Assembly: GCF_006345805.1 (NCBI RefSeq)
Contig: NC_043011.1
Span: 27,354,464-27,418,463, forward strand
Source of the DNA: Octopus sinensis
Lineage: Eukaryota
Reading direction: 5' to 3'
DNA length: 64,000 bases
Of the stretch, positions 51,831-64,000 are shown in pieces (position 1 is the first letter of the stretch; each line of letters opens with the position of its first letter). A model generated the notes under the pieces. That model worked only from the letters and a program-made list of their open reading frames with translations. It had not been told where the DNA came from and searched no databases. The translations under genes and the position numbers were made by a program.

Positions 51831-53544
51831 ACCTGCAAAGACTAAGGGCACATCCCCTTCTTTCAGACAGCAAAAAAAAATGAGTTAATGAACTTAATTC
51901 GTCTTGAACGAAGCTCAGACTGTTGTAGCACAGTTTTTAGATAGGAGATATGGAACCAAAACAGTCAAATACAATTGTTATTCTTCAGCCAGATTTGAAT
52001 CAAATAATGACGTAAGATAGCTTTAAGGTTGCTGATCATATGCTCAGTTTATCGTTTCGTTGGCATTCAAGCTGTGTGCATCATGTTATTAAAAATTCGA
52101 ATGTTGTCTTTAGAATTTATGATTGTAAAATTTAATTCTTTTAGTTCACGGTTGAGAAAATGTTTAAACAATGGAGGTGATGAAAAAAAACGTGAATGAT
52201 ACAATGTTGTATTAGAAAGAGCTTTGCAACCACATCATGTAATGCTGTTTCTTCAGTTGATCCAATGAGGGATTTGTTTCATTTAAGAGCTATACCGTTC
52301 TGACTGATTTTATATCAGGCGGTACAACAACGAAAAGTAAATTACAAATAAATATTTTATAATGGCCTGAATTGCAGTTTATTTGTAATGTATTTATTGA
52401 TAAATATCTTTATTTTGACTGTGTAGAAATAATAGAGCATAAGTTAAAGGTTAAAAAGAAAAGACGAAATATCAGACATTCGCGATATCAAATTTAAATA
52501 GAACCCAACCATCTCTCGTATATTGACATTGTAATACGAATAGCTTTGCTTACACAACTATAATTAGAGATAATAAACATATAAAATACAGCAATTTGAG
52601 GAGTAGATGCAATGTATAATTGCTGCGTGTTTAATTCTTTGAGTTCTGAACTCTAAGTTTTCTATAGTCACACTAATTAAAGAAAGGGGGAGAGAGGGAA
52701 AGAGAGCGAGGAAGAGAGTGAGGGGTAATATCTTGGGTACTTGGCGTCGTGAAATTCAGAGAAGTTCTAGAGGACATTAGACTGTGATGAATAAAAGACG
52801 AATAAAATTTTAGTTCTCTTATACAGGATGCAATGAGTATAAAAATTGTAGTTTCTTGTATGCTTTCTCAGAAATTTGTAGAAAAAAATCTATCATTTTG
52901 TAAGCTATTTCACAACTAATATTGTAAGACAATCTGGGAGAACCTTACAGCATTCTAATAAGAAAGGTGGAAGGTTGAAATCGTTCATGCTAAGAGAGCA
53001 GACCAAACGTAAATTTAAAGGGTCAATCAACTGAATGAATTCAAATAATTCTATGATTAAAATGGACTACATGATCATCCAATTTAAGTGTTAACATAGG
53101 CCAAATTAGCTGATTTGCTAAGGAAATTACAAAACTCGTGTAATTATTATTTTTTATCCTATTATATAAATTTTATTTTGAAGTGACTCTCAATCAACTA
53201 GTTTTTATCATTCCATAATGAGCAAAAAAATAGCAGCAAAAACAACACATATTCTATTAAGAAAGATAATTACTGTCAACACAACACACGCTAAGGCTAA
53301 GTTCAATTAATGTGTAAACTGCTGATCAACGAAAGGACTAGAAGTTTTAATTTGAACGAGACCGCCATTTTCTAGTAGCAATCTATTCTGTCACATACCA
53401 AGCTAATTATTCCCTCCAGATTCTATGTAAACTTCACTTATTATTTGGGTTGCAGAGAATCAAACTAAAGCTCTGTCATTGAATGCCTATTTACAATAAT
53501 AATTTAAAAAATTAAAGTCACGTGCAATTCATTTGCAGTTTATG

Positions 53545-54842
<1,298 letters not shown>

Positions 54843-55658
54843 ATTATTTCATAATCTTCTTAGTTATATATTATTTTGCTTGAATATTAACATTCACGTC
54901 AAATATACATATGCAAACGTATATATAAATATGGAGACGTGAATAAAGAAGGGCGCTGATATGGAAGCGAAGTCACTAATCCTCAGAAGGATACATGGCG
55001 TTTCGAAACATCAACTACACCCCATAGAATAAACTGACTACCTCCGTATATATATCAGTAGGCAATAGATGTACTCAAAATATTGCTACTCAGGTTCTAC
55101 TTTAAGGATAAAATGGGTCCGAAGCAAAACAAATTCAGAGGAGAAAGTAGTATATAAATACATTAAAATCATTAAAAATCGAAAAAACAACAACAACAAC
55201 AACATCTTATAATCGAAATAATAAAATAGGTTTCTCAAAGAAGTTGGCGCCGAAAGAAGATATGGGTACTAATATAGAACTAATTTGCAAAAAGCATAGG
55301 TTTACCTGCCTAGTATTTATTTAGGTGAATAATAGAACGAATGAATAAAATACAATAAGTAATGAAAAAGATATCTGGTCTGTAGGAAGAGAGGGATTTA
55401 AAGGGTCAACAAAATAAGGATCAAAGACAAAAAGCGGTGTATGAGTTGTTGGAATTTCACGCTCTGATAACTTTTCGGGATGATAGTATATTTTCAGGAA
55501 TATTTATATGATACGAACCACATACATATTATGAATATTCATAAGTACATTAACACATACGGTTATACATTCATATCTAAGTCATGTTCATTTATACATA
55601 TTTGTGTTCACTTAGACATGCGTAGTATGTAAATGAATGACTACAAAGACCACGAGTT

Positions 55659-55829
55659 AGGCGCAGGGGCGGCTGTGGTAAGTAGCTTGCTTACCAGCCA
55701 CATGGTTCCGGGGTTCAATTCCACTGCGTGGCACCTTGGGCAAGTGTCTTCTACTATAGCCTCTGGCCGACCAAAGCCTTGTGAGTGGATTTGGTAGACG
55801 GAAACTGAAAGAAGCCCGTCGTATGTATG

Positions 55830-55868
<39 letters not shown>

Positions 55869-56092
55869 ATGTGTGTGTGTGTGTCTGTGTCTGTGTTTGT
55901 CCCTCCCCACATCGCTGGACAACCGATGCTGGTGCGTTTTTGTCCCCGTAACTTAGCGGTTCGGCAAAGAGCCCGATAGAATAAGTACTAGGCTTACAAA
56001 GAATAAGTCCTGGGGTCGATTTGCTCGACTAAAGGCGGTGATCCAGCATGGCCACAGCCTTTGGACTGAAACCTATAAAGGAAATAAAAGAA
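55659..56092 (+). mobile_element. SINE family A (A1)
   Basis: Full-length colinear copy. Confidence 0.95.
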
Positions 56093-56735
56093 AAGTGTGT
56101 GTGTGTATGTGTGTTTTGATTATCCAGCTTATAATTCGTTTACGTCCTCTAACTTAATAATTCGACGAAAGATATCGATAGAATAAGCACTAATATTAAA
56201 ATAAGTACAAGGGTCGATTTGTTTCACTAACTCTATACAATGGTGCTCTTGCATGGTCGCAGTCAAATAACTGAAACAAGTAAGTGTATGTATTACTAAC
56301 ATTTGTTTTGCAAGATTCCTGATATGAAATCCTGTGTTGAAGCAGATATTGTTATATTTGGGGATGGTTACATTTTTTGCCTATTAACCACACACACATT
56401 TTTTTGTCTATTAACCTTTCAACTTTATTATTATTCTTATTTTAGTGTACTTTTGTCTGAAATATTTCGTCACACATCCTATGACCTCTCCAACGACTCT
56501 CTATCTCACGTGTCTCACGTATGCGCATGTGTGAAACAATCATTAGTATTAATGTTAGAAAGAATTAATATAATATTATCAGAACAGTGAAATGGCAGAA
56601 TCTTTGAAACGGCTGAAGAAAATGTTGTTGTTTTATTTTTCTTCAGCCCTAGGACTCATAAAGCCAGTTACCCGGCTTCCATGGCATCTGGCGAGATCAC
56701 AACATTAACTGTGGAGCAGATTGAACCTAGCTTTG

Positions 56736-56800
56736 AAGTTGTTAGCTTTGAACCTAGCAACAGACCGCCGGTCTGTTGCTAGGTTCAAAGCTAATAACTT
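56736..56800. repeat. 31-bp hairpin with 3-nt loop
   Basis: aagttgttagctttgaacctagcaacagacc GCC ggtctgttgctaggttcaaagctaataactt; one G.T pair, otherwise perfect. Confidence 0.95.
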
Positions 56801-58412
56801 GTAGGGGAGAGGGACAAGTTAGTTACATCGACTCCAGTTCTTGATTCGATGAAAGGCGAGGTTGACCTCGGCGGGATTTGAACTCAGATGGTAAAGAGCC
56901 GGAAGGAATGCTAGCGAATCTGCCAGTTCACCGCTTTGTCGGACAAAATGCACTAGAGTATTCGTATCGGATTATTACGTTCTGAATTCAAATCCAACTT
57001 AGATCAGCAGTACCTTTCATCATTCCTAGGTCGGTAAAACAGAGTATAGGGTAGAACTTGGGTCAATGTAATCAACTACTCTCCTTCCTTCAGAAATTGC
57101 TTTTCCTGTCATTAAATTAGAAACAATTAGAAAGTTAGAAAATGATAAGAGTAATGTTCAAATTTCTGTAAGGTGCAGTGAAATGGCAGAATATTTGGAG
57201 CGTCGGATGTAATACATTTTCTCCGTCTCTCTACATTCTGAGTTCAAATCCTGCTGGGACCAACGTTATTTTTCATCCATTCGGGATCTGTAAAACAGGG
57301 TACCAGTCAAGTACTGGTGTTGATGATATCGACTAATATCTCTATCTTTCAAACTTGTTGGTCTTGTTCTTAAACTGTTACGGCTCATTACGGTTTGAGT
57401 TTAAAATCTCGCCAGAATAAACTTTGCTTTCCATCATTTTAATGTTAATAAAATAAAGTACAAGGCTAAACATAATCGGTTGTCCCTCGCCCACAAGTTT
57501 ATGGCCGCGCTTAAATTAATAATGAATACTGTATTATATCATGTATACGCAGCGAAAATAGCACAGAAGTTACAGAGCATTTCAAGTTCAAATCTGACAG
57601 AATTTTGAATATACATATCTTCACTGTTTTTAAATGTTTATCTCGCACATAACGAAAACTTAGTTAATTTTTTAATATTGTAGCCTTTCTGCTAAAATGC
57701 TGAATTAATGTGAAGATTTCTCTGTTATAATATGCATTTTTCTGTTATATTTAATACATCTCATCATATAAAAACATTCAGTTTGTTATTTAATCAAAAG
57801 ATGCGTTGGTCTTTAATAAAACTGTGGGCAATTACGTTTCTTCTTTTGTTATCTTTTCCATCAGCTGCCTATAAACATTTCCCCGTGTGCAGATATTTTA
57901 TGCACTAATATCAACATTCAAGTGGAACATCAAACATATTAAGGACAAAGATCTCTTCTGTAATTTAGATAATGATTATAATTTCAAACATAACGTACAA
58001 AGGCTCGCAGAAATAATATTCATAACAAAATTGGTGATTAAATGATTTAAATGACGGTAGGGAAAATGGGCAAGTTTTGCACTGAAAACAAAAGTTCTGA
58101 AATAAAATAGCATTTACGATCAAAAGCATTTGTTCTAATATTTATGCGGTACGTCGATATATAAATATAAATGATTGTGTGTGTATGTGCATGTTTCTGC
58201 ATGTCTGTGAACGTATGCCTGTTCCTCTGTGATTTGGGTAAACAAAATATATATTGCATGGTTTGGTTTTAGTTAAATTTACTTTCTGATTTTAAAATGC
58301 ACCGTATAGAGATCGATAAAATGGAAGTGGATATAATCGAATGCTTTCCGCTCCAACATGTGTGAATATATGTGCCTACGTTAGAAATCAATAATAATAA
58401 TAATCATCATCA

Positions 58413-58830
58413 TCATTGTTCAACCGTGGTCGAGACAATGGAATTTACCATGCTACGCCAGACTTCACGGTCCATCATGGCATTACAGAGGTCCTATTGC
58501 TGGATGCCTGTATCCCTGGAGATTACTTCAGGGTAGGAGAGTGTGCGCCCTCTGGTATTGCGAGTAGATGGCTTCTAGAGGAGAAGAGTAGAAATTACCT
58601 CTTTTTCAGCTCTACAACAATGTCCAGCAAACTGGACTCTCCTACCTTTCACAAGAGATGACACAGGTGGTAGTTTCCCATATATTTGCATTTTGGTTGG
58701 ATGGCGCTTCCACGAGAGGTTTTGAGCTCTCATAAGGAGGCGAGTGTAGGTTCCATCCAACCGCCTCTCAAGCTTCTTTGATAACGTCCAGGTTTCTGAG
58801 CCATATAGTATTATTGGTTATAATAATAAT
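58413..58830 (-). mobile_element. 5'-truncated RTE/RTE-X-like LINE 3' end
   Basis: ILYGSETWTLSKKLERRLDGTYTRLLMRAQNLSWKRHPTK...VQFAGHCCRAEKE...DREVWRSMV; two in-frame stops, (TGA)n tail, (AAT)n on both sides. Confidence 0.85.
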
Positions 58831-58848
58831 AATAATAATAAAAGTAAT

Positions 58849-58896
<48 letters not shown>

Positions 58897-59520
58897 TATG
58901 ATAATAATAATAATGATAATAATAATAATAAGGCGGTAGTGCTTTTTACTGTTTTAGTTAAGATACTTTACATTCTGAGCTCAAATCTCACCCAGGTCGA
59001 AACGTTCGTGCTCAATAAAGCAAATGACCAGATACATACTGCAGTAGACTTCATCGGTTGCTCTCCCCCAAAATAAGAAACTATGTGCCAGTATTTAAGA
59101 ATGGTAGTTATCGGCAAGGCACAGAGATGGCTGTGCGGTTAAAGTCCTTTGAAAATTTGCAGTTTCTGGTTTGATCTCATTCTGTGAGTGATTGCCTGAA
59201 ATTCCTGCACAAATCGCTCCTGTTCTTGAGTAGCAGACTGGGATCTGTGGTCTTACTTAATAGCATCAACACTAGGCCCTCAGATGTTATACTCACTAGC
59301 ATATGCACACACACACACACACACACACAAACATAAATATATGTATACGTGTGTGTACGTTTGTACACACAAACACACAGAAATATATACATATATTTGT
59401 ACTAGCGTACACCCCGCCACACACACAAACATATGTATATATGTATACAGCTTTATAATAACACGCAGAATAGTGAGAATCCCAAGAAGGATGCACATAT
59501 GTATTCTGAACACCTTTCAG

Positions 59521-59711
59521 TAGACCCGAAAGTGGATATGCTTTTCGCTCTTCGATTCTGACTTCGGGGAACAATTCCGTTGAAAATTACAGGTGATTGG
59601 TCGTTAATTTATAACCGAAGTGATAATATTGGTATTGGAGATTATATCACAATGAGTGGTTTCCAACTTAGTGACGTGTCCCCTTCAACAGGAAAGGGGT
59701 TATTCAGTATG
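59521..59711 (+). other. Candidate coding exon with one apparent frameshift (unidentified)
   Basis: cctttcag acceptor at 59520. Removing one G from GGGG (59566-59569) gives RPESGYAFRSSILTSGTIPLKITGDWSLIYNRSDNIGIGDYITMSGFQLSDVSPSTGKGLFSM, followed by a weak GTATCC donor. Confidence 0.25.
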
Positions 59712-61339
59712 GTATCCTACAGTTGTTGCAGTCAAATGCAACAAGCTCTTGTAGCGCAAAACCGGCAGTTTTTGATTTAGGCCTGTAATTTTGAAAGGCA
59801 GGGACTAATTTGAGCCATTAACCCCAGTACTTAACCGGTACGTTGTTTTATCTATCACCGCGGGATAAAATGTACGGCTATCCTCGGTGGGATTTGAACT
59901 CAGAATGTAAAGATCTTCAAGAAATACCGTACAACCGTACAACCCTTTTCCCGAGACGAACGTATCGACCAGTTCTATTCGGTGTTGTGTGCTTTGTGAC
60001 AACAACAGGGTGAGTGCAATGCGAAATCGTCCACTGCAACATTTATGCGACTCATACAGCCTCATGTGACAAGTAATTCCTATACATTCACACTCATCAT
60101 CGAGAACGATGCCTCTTAAGGAAGGTATTACAAAGATTAACAGGGTGCTGCTGTTATGGTAACAGCAATTAAGAGGCGGCGTGATGGCATTGGATCAATA
60201 ACACTGTGCAACAAAGTTATAATTACTTTTTTCACTTTGGTCACTAAGTGTTATTTCATATTTGCTTCTGTCTAGAAACAAAAGAAAATGACTACTGTTC
60301 CTTTAAAACTTTGCTTCTGTGACCTGGACATTAATGTTTTGATACTAATCCATTTTCCATTACATTTCAGACAGATTCAGCACTGAGTTGCTGAAGCAGA
60401 AATATCATTATAGCAAATATTCTGCTCAATACTGCAGATTTGCTTGTCAGTTGCTTCACCGTAACCATTTGAACATGTCTGTTAGTTGCTGACAATATAT
60501 GCATCACTGATCATGAGCAGGGGTAGTGGGGGAGCTTCATAGCCATGTGTTGTGAAGGATTCTTTGGAGTCTGAATAAATGTAACAAAAGCAAATTTTGA
60601 AGGAAATATTAGTTATTTTTCATACTTTTTCGGGGTAAGCCAATGGGAAATAACAGTTGCTACCCATGTACAAAAATCGTGTTACAACAGTGTAATGAGT
60701 GGATTTAAATTTATATTCTGCCAGTTACGTGAATAAATAAGGAAACTAAATCATCATTTATATTTTTTTCCGTGTCGGTTTTTATCTGTATCAGTTAAAC
60801 TTGAAACACTTTCATATGTACGGTTTTTCCCTTTTCTTCTCGAAAATAATATTTTCGCTTGAAATTATTTGTATAGTTTTTCTTTCACATAGTTTGCATT
60901 TCTATGACGATTTTTTGCTTAATTTCATATCAATACCTTCTTTTTATTATTGACTGTTTATAGACGCTTCAAGGCAGCCATGATTGAACATTAATTCCAT
61001 CCCCGAAATAGCAAATAGTTCCAATGCATTTTTTAATATTATCATTATGATTGTTATTCTGGTGTTTCATTTTGTCGTAGTTGCATTACAAATTTGGTAA
61101 TGTTATGATGTAAAATTTTTGTCAACTGTTGTTGGTGGTATTGGTATGCTGTTATTTTATAATGGCTGTCTTTTTTATTATTTCAGTACATGTTGTTCCA
61201 TGTAATTATAAATGTTATATTATAGGCATTAATTTAGCCTTATCTTACTTCGCTTTATCCTTCTTGTTTATCAGCTTTGACCTTAATTTTTAAATGTTCA
61301 CATGCTTCGCTGGTTTGCTTGGTCGGTTAGTTACAATAA

Positions 61340-61540
61340 TCTGACCATCTTCATCCAAGTGGAAATTTAGAAAGAAAAAAACGATAACGACAGTTCAGTG
61401 ATATTTCCACTGCAGTAACTAATTGCAGAAAGATGTGCAAAAGACAGCTGATACAGGCTTGTGCGCAAGGAAATGCAAGCTGGTGTGCAAAAATCCAGTA
61501 ACTACTTCGCAAGAAACCGAAAGAAGCTTGGCATAAAAGC
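61340..61540 (+). mobile_element. CR1-like LINE linker remnant
   Basis: STAVTNCRKMCKRQLIQACAQ...KPKEAW resembles the endonuclease-RT linker; contains stops. Confidence 0.35.
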
Positions 61541-61591
61541 AAGTTGAAATGTTATTTTTATCTAAGTCGTTTTTATATATATATATTTCTT

Positions 61592-61812
61592 TACTACCCA
61601 CAAGGGGCTAAACACAGAGGGGACAAACAAGGACAGACAAACGGATTAAGTCGATTACATCGACTCCAGTGCGTAACTGGTACTTAATTTATCGACCCCG
61701 AAAGTATGAAAGGCAAAGTCGACCTCGGCGGAGTTTGAACTCAGAACGTAACGGCAGACGAAATACGGTTACGCATTTCGCTCGGCGTGCTAATGTTTCT
61801 GCCAGCTCGCCG
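61592..61812 (-). mobile_element. SINE family B monomer (tail type 1)
   Basis: Near-identical to the first unit of the 36061 array. Confidence 0.9.
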
Positions 61813-61865
61813 ACTTTTGTTTTTTTATATATATTTAAGTTTATCTATTACAGATATGATAAGTT

Positions 61866-61867
<2 letters not shown>

Positions 61868-61899
<32 letters not shown>

Positions 61900-61962
61900 T
61901 GTATGTATGTATGTATGTATGTATGTATGTATGTATGTATGTATGTATGTGTATGTATGTAT
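61868..61962. repeat. (TATG)n microsatellite
   Basis: Direct reading. Confidence 0.95.
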
Positions 61963-62907
61963 GCCTGACATGTGGCGTCTCTGGGTAGATATGTGTTTTT
62001 ACACTTTTTTACCAAAAGAAGGAATTTTTCCTCGCGACTACTGCAGTGAATTTGCTTTTTAGTTGTTAAAATATGTCACAAACATATTTTAACTAACCTA
62101 AATTTTGTTTATGCTTAAACACTGCTTGGCGCTGATATATATTTGTGTATACATGTATATATGTATGTACGTATGTATGTGTGTGTGTGTGCGGGGGGGG
62201 GGCAAGTATGCATATATTGTATTTTGTGGCTTTGTAGATGAAACATAGTGGAAGAGGCAGCTTGATCTTTGTAAATTTAATTCTAGGAGAAACAATTCTC
62301 ATCATAGCCCCATCCAAAAGATCGGAAAGTGACCGGCAGGCACATACTAAATGCCTAAGTAACTATTGTTAGACAAAATTAGCAGGCAACACCATTGAAT
62401 GCTTCTGCTCATCGTTGAGCGAGATGACAAAAAAATAGTCACCTACATGGTGGTTTGTTGCTCTTCTCATGAACTGTTCTGCGATTCTCAACTAGCTTCT
62501 TGGAAAATGCACGATAATCTTCAAAGTATTTCATAACACAGTGCGTCTTGAGTACCACAAAGTACGATATATATGTTTGCGTGTGTGTGTATGTGTGTGT
62601 GATGTTACGCTGAAAAATTTCGGATGAAATATTCAAGATTTTGTTAGGGAAAATAGAATATTTCAAAAAGGTATTTTTCTTTATATGCAAATATGAATTA
62701 GCGGCTTGCGTTTCGCTGTTGAAAAGACCTTAAAACCGAGAAAGCATTAGTGAAAAATATAAATTCAAGAAAGTAATGAAATAAAAGTAATTTTGCTTGC
62801 AACCGTTGATTTCACAGAGAAAATTGCTACCGTATAATTAAAATTGTTTTATCAATAAAGCTTACCGCTTCGTTAGATGGTGGATTTACGTGGCTTTATT
62901 ACAAATA

Positions 62908-63324
62908 CTCTTTACTCTTTACTCTTTTACTTGTTTCAGTCATTTGACTGCGGCCATGCTGGAGCACCGCCTTTAGTCAAGCAAATCGACCCCGGCACTT
63001 ATTCTTTGTAAGCCCAGTACTTATTCTATCGGTCTCTTTTTGCCGAACCGCTAAGTGACGGGGACATAAACACACCAGCATCGGTTGTCAAGCAATGCTA
63101 GGGGGACAAACACAGACACACAAACATATACGCACAAACATATATATATATACATATATACGACAGGCTTCTTTCAGTTTCCGTCTACCAAATCCACTCA
63201 CAAGGCATTGGTCGGCCCGGGGCTATAGCAGGAGACACCTGCCCAAGGTGCCACGCAGTGGGACTGAACCCGGAACCATGTGGTTGGTTAACAAGCTACT
63301 TACCACACAGCCACTCCTGCGCCT
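62908..63324 (-). mobile_element. SINE family A (A2)
   Basis: Full-length colinear copy; a degenerate copy follows at 63540-63945. Confidence 0.95.
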
Positions 63325-64000
63325 ATACTGTTCCTTTAAGTATTTAATAAAATAATCTGCCAAGCAAATAAAATGTTTGAATAGCAAGTTCTGTTAATTT
63401 ATTTTTCAAAATAATATTGACTCGAAATTTATGATGAACCTTATTTCAGCTTTCCTCTATTTAAGAATACCGACATTCATCGTACCGTACTATTCATCAA
63501 ATTGTTTGGTTATATCGCTTCTATCTTTTATCTTTTAATCTTATATTTTGTTTCAGTGACTGGACTGCGGCCATGCTGTGGCACTGCCTTCAAGAGTTTA
63601 GTCAAATAAACCGGCCTCAGTACTTATTTTTCACTCTGGAACGTATTCTATAATTTATTTTTACTGAAGCGTTAAGCTACGTTGACGTAAACGAACTAAC
63701 ACGGGTTATCAAACGTTGGTGGTATGGCAGAGAGAACAACTACAGCACAAACAATAAGGCACACTCACACACATATATAGTGGGCTTTTAGTTGCCGTCT
63801 ACCAAGCTCACTCCCAAGGTTTAGGTTGACCTAGAGCTATAATAAAAGACACTTGCCCAAGGTGCGATCTAGTGAGACTAAAAGCAAGATCATATGATTT
63901 GGACGAAAGATTTTTAACCACACAACCAAGTCTGCACCTTTGACGAACTTTATTCTTCTACAATCAAGCGTCCTATGTGTAAGAATTCCGATTTCTTTCT

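Overview
AT-rich, repeat-saturated animal DNA. The SINE families and dense (TA)n/(CA)n/(AAT)n microsatellites resemble octopus genomes as I recall them; this is an inference, no search was run. No intact, recognisable host gene, tRNA, rRNA or CRISPR array is visible. Most entries in the ORF track are microsatellite or antisense-SINE artefacts. The window contains four tRNA-derived SINE families (my labels A-D) and decayed DNA transposons (Tc1, mariner, a near full-length Chapaev3-like element, several MITE/fold-back elements). It also contains non-LTR fragments (RTE, RTE-X-like, R4/Dong-like in (AAT)n, CR1-like) and many Penelope-like element (PLE) pieces. The most notable signal is a set of about ten type I hammerhead-ribozyme-like motifs from several unrelated sequence families, repeatedly arranged as inverted (fold-back) pairs. 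These include a perfect 62-bp palindrome at 794-934 with a hammerhead fold on each strand and a near-canonical minimal hammerhead at 40320-40401. A few isolated splice-bounded candidate exons (4.2-4.5 kb, 38.9 kb, 59.6 kb, 62.3 kb) may belong to long-intron host genes but could not be identified. Element boundaries were read by eye and are approximate unless stated.
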